DNA of 63,983 nucleotides, counting the filler, from Sphacelaria rigidula (Eukaryota): assembly GCA_964200075.2 (NCBI GenBank). It is 11 parts of 11 records of this genome, joined end to end, with 100 filler letters (N's around TTAATTAATTAA, not from the genome) between each part and the next. Parts side by side here need not be neighbours in the genome. Positions count along the whole stretch, not along the records: positions 1 to 5,726 come from CAXNAA020024929.1; positions 5,827 to 11,552 come from CAXNAA020024930.1; positions 11,653 to 17,378 come from CAXNAA020024931.1; 8 more parts are not named here. The stretch is one strand, 5' to 3'. The position numbers and the translations under genes are program-made. A model generated the notes under the pieces. The model made no database searches. It had not been told where the DNA came from and worked only from the letters and a program-made list of their open reading frames with translations. Below, one piece after another: positions 1-13,193 of this stretch. The first letter of the stretch is position 1. Each line of letters begins with the position of its first letter.

Positions 1-60
1 TACTGACCAGTCAGCGCTGACTGGTCAGTAGTCTAGTTGGTTGTCTCTTAAACCGTCACA
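1..60. repeat. Probable LTR terminus (...AAACCGTCACA), also at the start of scaffold 10 (52434-52471)
   Basis: Near-identical GGTCAGTAGTCT(A/G)GTTGGTTG(T/C)CTCTTAAACCGTCACA at two scaffold starts; same CGTCACA end as the gypsy LTR at 51045-51310; truncates the RTE at base 60. Confidence 0.5.
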
Positions 61-1660
61 ACTTGCAGAAGCACGTCCAGGCCTGGCCAATGCACCTGCG
101 GATCTCGGGAGTGACATCACCGATGCTGCTGATTTTTCCGCCAAGGTAGAGGAACGGCTTTACTTGCTTGTATCTTTGGCCCGCTGCCTCCACCTCGATC
201 GTATCCGTCTCCATGTTCGGGGAGCACATGTGGATGGTGACCGTCTTCTTTTCCGTGACAACGAGACCGAATACCGCACATACTTCGACGACGGCCGTCC
301 TCATCTTCGCCAGGCTTACCAGGGAGCGCGAAGCGATACCAGCATTGTTAGCGTATAGCATAGCCCAGAGCACTTTGCTGAATTCATCCCCGGTCCTCCC
401 GCCCCTTTCAGCGATGCGGGTGAAGTCTTGCACCACCGCTCGATTGATCGAGAAGCGGTTGAACGTTACCGTCAGCACCGCCGCGAAAAGGATGTTGAAC
501 AGACCGGGGGAAAGCACACACCCTTGGTTTACATTAAACCACTCAGACGTCTCGCCGCTGTCCAGGCGTACGCATGTTCGCATGCCGTCGTGGAATTGGC
601 GGATGATGGAAATTACCTTGGCAGGGATACCACCGTAGCGTGCTAGAACTTTTCACAGAAGAGAGCGGTCTACTGAGTCGTGTGCATTTTGGAGGTCGAT
701 GAAGCACGTGTACAGAGGAAGATTCTTCTCTCTCGCCAGTTCGTGGAGCCTGCGCACAACAAACATCATGTCGACTGTGGACCGGCCAGGTCGGAAGCCA
801 CATTGTGCTTCTGGGAGGATTCCCTTCCACTCGCAATAAGCGCTGAGGCGAGTCGCGACTATCTTGAGTACCACCTTACCCGCGTGGTACCCGAGATAAA
901 TACCACGGTAGTTGCCGCATTCGCGCGGCTCGTGTTTCTTGACAAACACTTTGATGATGGCCTCTTTCCACTGCTTCCTGACGCCACACGGCTAGCACGA
1001 TGTTGTAGAGGCACTTCAATGGCAGAGTCTTCGGTGCGCCCGAGCTTCAAAAATTCGCCACATATGTTGTCCGTCCCAACGGCCTTGCTAGCTTGCCCAC
1101 TGCTTCCTTCACTTCTGCTATCGACGGCTCCGCCGCGAGTGGTGCGTGCTCCGGCATCCGTTCGATGAGACCGATGACCGAGTGGTCGATCGTAGGTGAG
1201 GTTGCGTTCAGCAGTGTTTCGAACCATTCCTTCCATCGTTGAAGGATAGATGGCTTGTTTGTCCCGCAACGGCTCGCCAGTCGCGCTGATTATGTAAGTT
1301 GAGTCGCTTTGCTTATTTCCTTCCACTTCCAACCGCTTGATATGCTGGTACAGTCCTGCTTGATCCTTCTTGCGAAGAAACTCCGCTGTCCGGACTGTGA
1401 ACTCGTAGAAGAAGTTCTACAGCTCAGCATCCTTCAGCCGCTTGAACACTTTGTCCATTACCTTCAGCGCCTTCTTCAGGACAGCAGTACGCAGTATTAG
1501 AAGTCACTCTCCGTACAAGCCAAGTTCTTCAATCTTCCAGGGGTCGTCGTCTTAGCTGACCTAAACGCGGTCTTGGTGGTTTGGGTCTGCGACCGGGGGA
1601 GAGTTCGACTGTATCACGGGTGTTAAACACCGTACAGCTTGCGCGTGCGGGTCATTCTGA
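61..1660 (-). mobile_element. Degenerate RTE-clade LINE, reverse transcriptase region (frameshifted)
   Basis: Peptides [61 protein letters not shown] (decayed YADD), FLYLGG. Confidence 0.93.
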
Positions 1661-3625
1661 CAGTGGGAGTCACGTAGCTCCTGAACGGACGTGGTACGGG
1701 GCAGCTTCACAGTAGGTGTCACTGATTCTCCGTACTAGCCAAAATGCTGCGTCTTGCTTTGGGCCGCTGCTGTCAGCCGGACCAAACTGGCCTTGGCGCT
1801 CGAGGCCGCGCCCGGGAGAAGTACAGAACCCTACGACAGCTCGTATTCCGGGTATACTCGTACAGTAGTCGATTTGATGCACTCGGTATGGAATGAGCAA
1901 AATATGCGGAGCGTTTCCGTTCATGCTACAGTGTACTCGTACAAGATAGTGGAGTTATCGAAAAAAAACAAGCCCATGGTTGCGTTCTGGTGTAGCAAAC
2001 AAAGTGCAGCGTGCCTGAACCCCAACGATCTTCTTGGTTTTGACTAAGGGCTATGTTGAAGTCTCGAAATCAAGGCGACCGATCACTGCGGCACGCAAGC
2101 GACTTTGCTTAGAAGGATAGCACATGTACACATCAGTGGCATATTTTGGCATGCCGCCCGTGTTTCAATATATTCATGTTCTCAGGCGTCAAACACAGCT
2201 CTGTGCAGCTATCCCTTACATCCCTCCTCACCGGTTTTTGCCTGTTGTTATGCCTGTTGCCTTTGTCTTGTCTCCTGTGGTTGCCAGCGCTCTTAATTCT
2301 TCAGTTAGATAAACACGTTTGCGGCAGTATCCTCGTGCAATGACTTGTGTTGGCTGTCTTTTGTCCAGATGCTGACCTATGCTTTTGGGGGGTGCTCTCG
2401 TAAGAACATGACCCGTTGTTTGCCTTTTCATAATCACTTTTGACTGATATCTTGATCCGTCCTGGAACCGAGTTCGGGCTAGAGGGTACTTGTCCTACAT
2501 CACAAGAGCACAACACATACATCAAATCGAAGCGCGCTAGCTCCACTTATATTAAAAAAATTCCTGCTCAACAGCCTTATCATCAGCTAAATACCGTGTG
2601 GGTAGTGAGTGCACTGTACATATATAATTTTTTTTGTGTGTTATCTAGCCGCGGGTCTGATCATTAAGACGAGGGGAAATAGAAGAAAACAACACACTAC
2701 GAGGGGTAGCTGAGGAGCATGATGGATCACCAGTCGCCTCGTAACCAAGGCTCAGATCTTCCCCCAATAGTGCTCTTAGCTATAACCTGTCGCCATGCCT
2801 AAAGGACGGAAGCGCGCCATCAAAGCTGCTATGGGAGATCAGGTGAGCTTGCCGTTACAGCACAGATGTTCGTCTTGGAGCACCAAACTGCATACCCCCC
2901 GTCTGCACAACCCAAACCGCCTCTCACCACTGGCTGTGGTGCTGCATAGCTACCTGACCAACTTCATTTTCCTGCCGTAAGGGCATGCCGATCTCGGGCA
3001 AAGGCCCGAATCGATGTACACGTGCCGATAAGCTGGTCAGATCTCACCCCTGCACCTCCGTTGCAGTAAGATCCAGTTCAAGGTACATGGTGCACCTCTC
3101 CCCTCCTTCTGTCAGTCCGCTACCTGTGTTGTTGCACCGTTTGTATTGTACTATACTATACTGTACTATATCTAATACTAAGCTCTGACCGTGTGTGCAA
3201 CTGTGCCGACTGTACCCACTAGGCCTTCATTTTGGAAAACAGGACTCAACTGTGAATCGTATTCTTATTTACATAGATCATCTCTCTGATATAAGACAGT
3301 AGCCCTGCCCCAAAGGTTGACGTTTTTTGTACGGACTGTACCATAGCTGGTGTTCTTATACAAACAGTATAGACAGATGACGGGGTATAGCACCCCCTGA
3401 TGTCTCGTGAAATTCAGCCTCAACTTCTCGAATCAGTTGGAGCTACCCGTAGCTATAATGTTACTACCAGTAAATACCGAATGTTACTCAGATGGTGCAA
3501 GAAACGCATACGGCTTATAATAATGATGATGAAATGATGAAAATTCCGGACCCGGAGTTTTTTTTTCCTGAGTTGACAGCTTTTTACTGAAAACTGGATA
3601 TTGATTATCGCCTCCACCTCATGAA

Positions 3626-5074
3626 TAGAGGTGGGCACCGGATAAGAAAATCGAATAAAACGGTTACCGGATAAGGAGGCGTTATTTTGAAAAACAAAAA
3701 AACGGTTAAACCGACTTTTTTTCAGCCGGTTTAATCGGATAAGCAAGGGAAAACGCCTCCAAATCATTGAAACGCAGGTGAATTCGGCGCCGTTGTTGTA
3801 TGTTTCGTGTGTGGTGGGTGATGGATACTCTCGAACACGAACACACCCATTGCCGGTAACGGCAAGGTTCAATCTCACACCTCCGCACTCCGCACTCCGC
3901 ACCCGTGCAACACCTGTCGAACTTTACAGCACAGTGGCTGACGAGTGGTGACAGAGAGTTTTATGCGTGGTAGTGAATTGTGTTGGTGATTACGTGAACA
4001 GCTGCTGTTCAATTCTTGCACCTATCCCTAGCAAACACAGGGTGTCAAAAGTAGGAAATAAAAACTATACTCCGGAGAAGTAGACAGTAGTGGAAACCTG
4101 AACTGTTCTCTTTCTAATTTCTTCGTCATCGGCGGTTTTCTCAGGCTCTTCCGCTTGTCACCGCCATCTCATAGGGATTTGAAGATACTTGTATCCTCTA
4201 CACGTTCAATGAAAACAAAAACCATCTGTACTCAACATTGGGTAACTTACGGGCTGACCGGCCATCGGGGGTCCTGCAACTTTTCAGCACAGATTCTGAT
4301 TCCTTGAATTTTCAGGTCGATCGAGCCTGTCCCGATCGCTGTTGTAAAGAAATGTACAGTTCTATTTTTTTGGAATTCTACCTACTCACTCACTGCACCA
4401 AAGCCGAATAATTGTGTTTCACGGTCAATAATGCCCTCCTTATAAGAGGTATCTCAAACTCGGCTCCCGGCATCCTGGTTTATTCGCTGGCTCTGAGTTG
4501 TGTACTATTTTTTCAAGTGAAAGTGATCGCGATTCATGGGAGGACCTGATCTGACGGTCAAAGGGCACATCATCTGATGAAACGGCATCACTTTCACTTA
4601 AAAAAAGACAAGAAGAAACCAGGATACCGGGAGCCGAGTTTGAGATATTCTAAAACGGGGTATTTGCTCCTATCGCCCGATAACACTACGTAACACTACT
4701 TGGGCACTGTCTTTTTAGGATTATCTGCTCGTTTTACCAAAATCTACCGACGCTAGCACTTGAGAGCTCTATCGGAGGGTAGCACGCGAGAATACCCCCA
4801 AAACAATCATCATGGCAGTCTCGGGTATGCGAGCTGGCTCTATGTGTAAGGTGTAAGGGTGGCGTGTAGTGTGACGTGTAGTGTGACGTGTCGTATTTCA
4901 CGCTTTCGCAACGAGCACCAATTCCAAACTTCGCAATTGAATCGGTTCACCGGAAAACCGGTTTAACCGGCAAAAAAGAACTCAGGTTATTTTTTCATAA
5001 CCGTAACCGGTGAACGCCTTTTGTGGTTTCCAAAAACCGGTTATAGTCGGGGGGTTTTTTGGTGTCCACCCCTA
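3626..5074. mobile_element. Non-autonomous hAT DNA transposon
   Basis: 14-bp TIRs TAGAGGTGGGCACC / GGTGTCCACCCCTA; perfect 8-bp TSD CTCATGAA (3618-3625, 5075-5082); clustered subterminal AACCG/CGGTT motifs; no transposase ORF. Confidence 0.9.
4446..4650. mobile_element. Tourist/PIF-Harbinger-like MITE nested in the hAT
   Basis: ~36-bp TIRs starting GAGGTATCTCAAACTCGGCTCCCGG; TAA on both sides; second copy at 33262-33463; related ends at ~58650-58750. Confidence 0.8.
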
Positions 5075-5726
5075 CTCATGAAAAAAGCTCAGGGTTCCAT
5101 TTTTTAATTGTGCCCTATTCATTCTCCCTACCGAATTTGAAACTTCAATTCTTGTGAGTTGAGGCGGAGCGATTGAGAAACCGAGTCGGTCAAAATTTGG
5201 AACAGTATTTTGCAGCCTATTTCCCAGCCCAGGCTTGGTACTTGTGTTTTGAAAAAATTGTGTGGGGCTTCGCTAGGGCATGATGAACCAAAGAAAGTGA
5301 GACTTTTTTTTTCATGACTTGAGGACGTTGAAGTTCAGTGAAGTCCATTTTTTCACGACCTCCCTAAAAACAAATGATGGCCTACAATCGTTTGAATCTT
5401 CAGCATGCCTTTGCGATTCCCCATGCTAAGTTTCAAATTACAAGCCTAAAAAATGAGCTGAAACTGAGGCAAGGGCAGAGAACAATGATCATTTTTCTTC
5501 GAAACGCCCCGACTTAATTTTTTTCAATTCAGGCCGCTTCTAATAGGCTTGAAAAAGTCTCTGAGAAAAGTCATTTTGGGCGGCTTTTCTCGGAGACTTT
5601 CTCCATAGAAATGAGTTTTCAGGACCCCACCTTATAGTCTACGAAAAAATCCTGGAGATTTGTACACCCGAGGCCATCATCTAGCCTGCGTGCAGACGCT
5701 GGTAGTGGTAATCATTTGTATTTAGG

Positions 5727-5826
5727 NNNNNNNNNNNNNNNNNNNNNNNNNNNNNNNNNNNNNNNNNNNNTTAATTAATTAANNNNNNNNNNNNNNNNNN
5801 NNNNNNNNNNNNNNNNNNNNNNNNNN
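5727..5826. other. Artificial 100-bp scaffold spacer (N44-TTAATTAATTAA-N44); also at 11553, 17379, 23205, 29031, 34857, 40683, 46509, 52334, 58159
   Basis: Identical spacer with stops in all frames separates pieces of exactly 5726 or 5725 bp. Confidence 0.97.
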
Positions 5827-6546
5827 AATAATATGATGAACAAAATGTGAAAATAATAAAAAAAAAAAAAAAAAAAAGGGGGGGGGGGGGGGCGGATTGA
5901 AGGTTTGGTAATTGCACATACGTCCTGTACATCGTGTCAAAATTTCATCGAAAACGATCCAGAATTGAGCGAAGAACATGCGTTTCAACCTTCCCGGTGG
6001 CTTCTTGGGCGGCCCAGCTCGTATGGCATCTCTTGTCTGCTGCAACAGGCGCAATATTCGATACTGTACACATTACACTTTTTGACAGGGTATTCTTTTG
6101 TTCTTGTCCAGGGCGTGAAACATCCCGGGAGTAAAACAAACCGTACCATTCCACACGATTACCACTGAGTCAGACGACAAAAAACAAAACAAAGACCGGA
6201 CCGAGAAAACCGGTTCAGGGGAACATGGATGGACACTTCGAAACATACGTGCAACGCCGGTCATGCGAAAGCACACACACTTCGGTGTTTATTCGCGTAT
6301 TTTGGAAAACCTGATGATGTGATATCATATGATATTACATCAAATCTTCAGGATCCTCATTATATGATAGACTTACTTGGAGCTCTCGACCCGAAAAATA
6401 TCAAACCAATAAAAACAATGATATCAAAAGTACAGAGCACTGCGCAGAAATCGGAACGGCTTTTCATGTGAAGACAACAACAGAAAACAATCAAAATAAT
6501 AGCGATCATGAGAGTGACTACAATAATAAGAGTAACCACAACAACC

Positions 6547-6577
<31 letters not shown>

Positions 6578-7287
6578 ACATCAGCCGTGTTAAGTGTTCA
6601 CCTTTGCCTCCAACTCGTTGATGGAGTGTAGCCACTGACATTTTTCACCCAGCATTCGTCGATCGCCGCCGCCATTCCGCAATAGTCAAAATACAAAACA
6701 AAAACATCGTTGTGCCACGTCACGTCACGTCACGTCGCAAGGAGAGTTTTTTTGCCCGCCGCCAATCAGCGAACAACAGCGGCAACGGCGAGAGCAAGGT
6801 AGATCCCGGCCCAGACGATGCAAAAGTGCGGAACAAAAAGGGGGTGGGCGCGTGGGGCTCAGTGAGCTTTTGCGATAGACACATTTCGAGTCCACTTCGC
6901 TACTCTCGTAGCTCCCCCTAATCCTTGGAGCTCGGAAATGGTTTGTCCAACCATCAACCAGTGAAATGGTACATAATAATTTCGTCATTGAGCGGCGCAG
7001 CCGCGAGCCAAAAAGCCCTCCCCGGCAGAGAGGGCCCCGCCGGAGGCGCTCCCGGAAGGTCCCCCGCCGGAGGCGGAGCCACATTTTTGCGCGATTTGGC
7101 TTCACTAGAGCTGAAAAATGCCTTAAATTCGGGTCATTCTTCAATTGTGGAGCCGGAAACGGTAAGTAATGGTTTGAAACCATCATGCAATTTTTTCATG
7201 TAACCATTACCATTATTACCGTTATAATGAATATGGTCATTTATAACTGGTACCGTTTCCGAGCTCTACTAATCCGATGAAAGGGCA

Positions 7288-7696
7288 GGGGGGCGTGCTC
7301 CTTCCTTGCTTGCCTTAGTTATTAGACCATTGACCAGGCATCCCTTTCGACACAGAGCACGGTTCCTACTCCCAGTAGCGACACCTCCAGCATTCGGGCG
7401 CTCACTCACTTTTTCCAAACGGTACGTGAGAACCTTATACAATATCTTCTGTCTATTTTCTGTTTCTTGTTCTTCTTGAGCGAGTGTTTCGCTTTTGTTT
7501 TGTCTCGGGTACGTCCATCATGAGACCACGGGGGTCAGTTAAAGTACGACGATCACCAATCAAAGACTGTTTCGCCGTCGGTGGCCGCCAGTTACCTCCT
7601 AGTATAGCCATCATTTTCCCACTACTGTGTGATCTACCAAACGACTTCATGTCACATTCGTTTACTTCCCACATTTCCCCTTTCGGGGCGGGGGGA
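7288..7696 (-). mobile_element. CT-1 LINE 3' fragment between G-runs, interrupted by an RTE 3' end (~7452-7563)
   Basis: Homologous to 17479-17890 and 52603-52920; G-runs on both sides. Confidence 0.7.
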
Positions 7697-7946
7697 AAAG
7701 GGGCCATCCCACTCAAGTGAAGAAAAAGAAAAAAAAATGAGGTCCCTGAGCAGATGAGGTGATTTTCCCCACCGTATAGAGTGACGGATCAGATCAGCAC
7801 TCTCATCAAACCAATGTTTTCTTTGTCGCTCACATCTTCAAGCTTTTCAACGACGGAAACCACACATTGAAAGACACACGCACACATGGGCGTCTGCCGG
7901 GATTCGAACCCTCAATCTTGCTGCACCTCAACCGCGCGCGCGCCGG

Positions 7947-8130
7947 GCGGGGGGGGATACTCATGATCTTGCAAGGGCATCGACCTCGCATCCCTACAAA
8001 GCCGGGACGGAGCACGCCGGGTATTCACCGGACCAGGCTGGCAAACACCAAATACGAAGCGCCGTGACATGTTCGGCGAGTCGCATGAAGGGTGAACTGC
8101 AGCATCCTGCTAAGATTGTTCGGCTCGAAG
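7947..8130 (-). mobile_element. CT-2 non-autonomous retroposon 3' fragment
   Basis: G-run followed by ATACTCATGATC; homologous to 14204-14735 and 54087-54650. Confidence 0.7.
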
Positions 8131-8306
8131 AGCACTACTTATACTTGCACATGGATGACAACCTGCAATGAGTTGCTCCATTCTTCTGCCACCGCCACTT
8201 GAAGAGACAGCCACCGGTTACACACTGCATCATGAGTGAATCATTTGAATAAACAACACCGGGACCCGATACCCCGCCGCTGGCAACTGTAAATTATAGT
8301 TCACAC

Positions 8307-8439
8307 CTTGAGGATCAGAGCAGCTCCGGGGACTCCCGAGCCACGTCCCCTGTTGACCCTGAGGTATCTAGCAAGTCCGTCCAGCATCGGCTTGACCAAC
8401 TTCTCCGAGAAAATTTCGGAAGGGTAGTCTTCCTTCACG
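8307..8439 (-). CDS. Putative internal exon of an unidentified gene (VKEDYPSEIFSEKLVKPMLDGLARYLRVNRGRGSGVPGAALILK)
   Basis: Pyrimidine tract plus CAG acceptor, GT donor, open frame; no family recognised. Confidence 0.4.
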
Positions 8440-10829
8440 CTGCCCAGTAAGAGAACAACAAAAAAACACACACACGTACAAACACAAGCACGTGTAGCAA
8501 AAGAGTCAAGTAAGGATCAGATCAGATTAGATCACACCAGATCATATCAGATTTATTGGAGGGTCCGTACCGTCTGTGCATGTACCGGAACAATTAAATA
8601 TACAGGTGTATATGAATATGTAAAAGTTTGGAACTCTTCGAAAGATGAGGGACATTTTTTTTTCCTTGACCCTTCTGAACCCCCCCCCCCCCCTCCCCTT
8701 CTCCGCTTCTTCCAGGGTAGGGCCTGATGTAACGTCACGTTGTGCACCACCCCTCCAGAAATAACACGATAGAGGGCGAGCAGGCATACTCAGTAGAACG
8801 GAGAATGAAGTCACCATCATGTTGGCCTTCAACTACACATCATGCCCATGGCAACCTACCTCCTCCACGGGCTCCTCAATTATTTTCATGAAAAAAGGCA
8901 AAAATAGGCACATCACCGATCACAGCACGGAGGAAGATAAAGGTAAACGCGCGAGTTAATTGGAGCTACCCGTGCTACGCCCGAAACAATTCTAAAATCA
9001 ATCTTGAACGCAACCGCAAGACGCCTACAGCCCATGCACAGCATGCTCACCAACATTCCCCCCCCCAAAAGGACAATTGACAGCCGAACAGCACAGCGTG
9101 AAACAAGGGTCTCGCAGGGTACCCTATTTTGTCAAATGATGGGGGGTAGGTACACCCACAAGGAACCACTTGAAGTTTATACTGTGCCCCCATTGTCTTC
9201 TGCTGTGCCCTGTAATGTCCAGAGTGTACCCCCAATTTGACCGCTATCGGCCTTCCACAGCCGCCGCCCATACCCACCGCACGGAACAACAGTGGATGGC
9301 TGAAGAACGTCACCAACGTTTCCTTTCATCTCTTCCTACGACCTGGAGACCAAGACCTCGCCGTTGGTGATGTCCACCCTAAACAAACGAGACCCTTGCG
9401 GAGTGTGATTTGACACACCGCGCAACAAGCTGCGAAATATCACTCTCGTCAACTGCCTTTTTCCTCCAGACCACGTGCACTACGCCAAGTTGATCGAGGG
9501 GCCTGCCCTCGTGGGTACAACTACCCCACAGCTGCCGTGAGCAAAGCCTTCACGGCTCGGGCGAATCAATGATTCGTCTGGAAATCACTTGATTTCAGTG
9601 TGATTGATTCGTACCGTACGAATCATTGCTTGGGGCTTTGTTTCCAGCGTTGCAGCCCAGGTACGCGCAGCCCAGGCACGCGGAATAGCGCAGAAGTTGC
9701 GTGGGAATCTATTTGATCATCGGTAGACTTTTTTCTCTCTTTCGAGCAATCGGGCTTGAAAAAACTGCGGATTTGGTTGGTGACTCGAATCGGCGATGAT
9801 TTGTCCGAACCGTGAAAGCTCTCCAAACGCTCGCGACACCTACCCCACGAAAAGAAGTGACAAACGGAAGGACTCCCGACGCCATAGAAAAAAAAACATG
9901 GAGTAGAGGCCTGCAGTATAATACATACGATAGCATCTACATCCTCATCCCATCGCGTGCCAAGTACTACTTCTTTATCGTGTGCAAGGAAAATCCATCC
10001 CTCCCAATTTCATCCTATATCTTCACTACCGACAAAAAACACCCGCCTTCGCAATAATCGCCAGCGCGCCGGCGCCCGCAGCTCCAGCACCGCTGCACAA
10101 AGCCGCAAAAATGCATCTTTCCGATCCTTCCCGCTTGCATCCAGCTGAACCAATCCCAGGGTAGGACTCTGCCAGTACTTGAGCAGGCAAGACACGCCCG
10201 CGCGGAGAGGGACAGGGGGCGGTACGCTCTTGTCCCCCCCCTGGGCTGGAGGCGTCGTGGAAACGCCCGCAACCGTCGCCAACCCCTGCATCATCATCAT
10301 TCGAAGTGTTGATCATTATTTTGGGGAATAATGTTTTACACATAACTTCAATTTCAACAAAAGTGTGCAAATACGAGCTGGATCAGCAGTGAATCCCGCA
10401 TTTGCATGTCACACAAAAACTCATCAAGTTTACTAAATCAGCCCGACTTGAGTATATCGATATGACCTGCAAACCAACCTGGCAACGCACGGCACCGCCG
10501 CTGAAAGAAGAAAAAAAAGGGAAAGAGAAATGCACTGCATAATGTGTAACTTCACCGACGGAACAAAAAAAAAAAGGAATCCATCCGGATTCGAACTCGC
10601 GTCCTCTGTAACTGGAGTCTCCTGTATTACTTGGATCAAGAAGGGCGCAGCGGTGTCACACAAAAAGTGCCCTGCTGCGCCCAATTTTGAGGTAGTTTTA
10701 GCGGAAATTGCACCAGGATCTCCTGCACACAAGTACGCACAACAACCCGAGGGATGCCGACGCATTTCTTTATTTTTCCGGAGTTACAGCATTTATCAAG
10801 TTTTCTGCAGAAAATTCAAATCGCTTCAA

Positions 10830-10928
10830 CCCTTAGACCGCGAGGTTAGTCTTCTATTGAATCAGCATCAATTTCAAGTGAAAAAAAAGTATGCATGGTC
10901 CAGAAAGACTGATCTCGCGGTCCAAGGA
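10830..10928. mobile_element. ~100-bp piggyBac-like MITE
   Basis: CCCTTAGACCGCGA...TCGCGGTCCAAGGA flanked by TCAA/TTAA; reverse-complement match to 59029-59134. Confidence 0.6.
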
Positions 10929-10932
10929 TTAA

Positions 10933-11176
10933 GGCCGGATGTCATGGCACACAGATTTTTGGCACACGGATTGTTCACTTTTGGGACGTTTGACCCACCA
11001 TTCGACCCACAAAGAGGGAAACCGCCAACACACGTCTCGGACACTCTGAGTCACCCCACAGAGAGGACCTAGTCTGCTTTTCAGATGCGCTTGGCTCCGA
11101 GGTTTCCAGATTGGCCGCTGAATGAAAATTCGTGCGCAAAAATCTGTCCTTGCCGATCCCCGCCAGTGTGGCGGCC
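10933..11176. mobile_element. Harbinger-like MITE, 244-bp monomer
   Basis: GGCCG...CGGCC termini, TAA TSD; matches one arm of 13293-13771. Confidence 0.75.
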
Positions 11177-11652
11177 TAACTTTTCTCTATCTTTCTTTCG
11201 TTGCATCCACCGGGAGGTTGTGCGAATTGACGATAAAAATGTCGCGTCAAAATGTCAGCGCCCAACTTCTCGAGTCACCCACAGCCGGGCCCGGAAACAT
11301 AGAAAAAAGTCACTGTCAGCTGGCCCCGCTCGTACAACATTTGCATCTGTATGCAAACGAGTGCATATATATAGACGTAGTATAGTCTATTATGAGACCA
11401 CGGCTGGACCCCTGGGGGGTCAGTTAAAGTACGACGATCAATCAATCAATCAATCAACCAGGTATATCGTACCCCGCCTTCACCCCCCCCCCCCCCCCCC
11501 ACCACCCCACACCACACCACACACCCTCCACCACGACGCCCACGCGCGCCCCNNNNNNNNNNNNNNNNNNNNNNNNNNNNNNNNNNNNNNNNNNNNTTAA
11601 TTAATTAANNNNNNNNNNNNNNNNNNNNNNNNNNNNNNNNNNNNNNNNNNNN

Positions 11653-11683
<31 letters not shown>

Positions 11684-12623
11684 TTCCTAAAATCTGCCAG
11701 GAATTTCTTCGGTACCTTTGCCAGACCCCCCTCTCCCCCCCCCCCCCCCCTCAAGAGTTCAAATCTCATTACTTACCCTGAACCAGCGCCTTATGGTCCC
11801 CCTCCTGAAGGCTAAGATGGTTTCATGTCTCGAATTCCCATCCGACAGTAATCTATGGTGCAACATGTGCCTCGTTCCACGTCAAACACACCAAAAACAA
11901 ATGTAGGAACAAAAAAATGCAACTGAGATCCAAAACTATGCCACTAAAAAAAGAAGGCAAGAAAAAAAATGATGAACCACATCATTTTATTTCATGTCAT
12001 GTGGGCAACTACAGCGATACATCGAGATATGAAACAACAAAAACGAAAACAAAAACCCAGAGAGATGATGCACCCAGATAACCACACCGCCGGAAAAAAA
12101 AGAAATTGAACAACGACTGTCGACTCGTGCTGAGCAACACATGATCCTCTACGCGGCACAGGGTTTTCGCACCGACAGAGTACGGTTTCCACGGACGACA
12201 CGGAACAAAAACAACAACCAACCAACCAGCCATCATGCAAGTAATCTTTGCCGCCTGGTTCTCTAAAAAACAATAACCATGTGCCTTCGGGCCTTCCTCT
12301 TGTCGCAACAACCAAATTTTGAAACTTTCAGTAGCCAAGAAACCGAATTTCCTTCCACCTCCTACAACATACCACTGCCACCCCCTTACCCCATCCAACA
12401 CGTAGATACTCGAAGATCTAAAGCTGTAGGAAGCACGTCTACGGAGAAACGCCTCCTGCTTTTATCGCTGCTTGCTTGCAGATTTTTTTCCCTCTCATTT
12501 TTTTTCTGTGGACCTATATAGAAGCAACTGCTCTTGGCCTACTTTTTTTTTTCCCCCTCTTGTCCTTGTTTTTGCTCAAGGCTTTGCAACCAATTACAGT
12601 TCGGGTCAAGAGTCAATTGATGC

Positions 12624-12701
12624 TCAGTAGGTTTTGAGTGTAGGCCTGGCAGCCATGGAGACACCGATCTTGCCCCCTTTAAACTCGATTCCGTCGAACC
12701 A
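12624..12701 (-). CDS. FUS/TAF15 (FET)-like RRM protein, terminal coding exon (WFDGIEFKGGKIGVSMAARPTLKTY*)
   Basis: CAG acceptor; phase 0 fits exon 16260-16385; resembles the FET RRM end (WFDGKEF.G..IKVS.A.R). Confidence 0.85.
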   Translation of the reverse strand, partial: WFDGIEFKGGKIGVSMAARPTLKTY

Positions 12702-13193
12702 CTGTATAAGTGGTAAGGAGACAAAGCGAAGAGGGGGGAACGCAGAAGAGAGGAGCTCAGAAACAAACTTTGGATATTGCGTCTCAGTTTTCGAGAGTTG
12801 TGCTTTAAAATTTCCTTTGGAGAATCACTACTGCATAATGAAGAACAAAACGTGGTTTTTGGTCGAACTTCATTTTCTTCATGTTTGTTTTTTCAGGAGA
12901 ATTTCAAGGGAAAATGGACAATGCTCTCGGACCTGATCTCCGTTTTTCAGCTTAAAGTTGACAATCGATATTTGAATTTCACCATGGAGAATTGCAAAGG
13001 CGAGAAAAAAATATTTTGTTCTGTTTTTTTTTGGGGGGGGAGAGGTACAGGCCTTCTCGTGAAAATATGGTCTTCACTGTTCTCAAGCGTCCGAAGCAAG
13101 TGAATACATGTATATATATATGTATAAACCTATCCCACCGTTTTTGGTCGGTTATGGCCTTGCGAGGCCCTACAAAAAAATTTAAAGCACAAT

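Noticed and set aside
5771..5782. TTAATTAATTAA recurring every ~5826 bp as a biological periodic signal
   Set aside because: Always embedded in N runs; an assembly linker
6360..6641. Poly-Val ORF
   Set aside because: Translation of a (CAA)n microsatellite
11777..11852. Minus-strand exon candidate LLSDGNSRHETILAFRRGTIRRWFR with GTAAGT donor
   Set aside because: Downstream of the RRM gene stop, with no partner exon or recognisable homology
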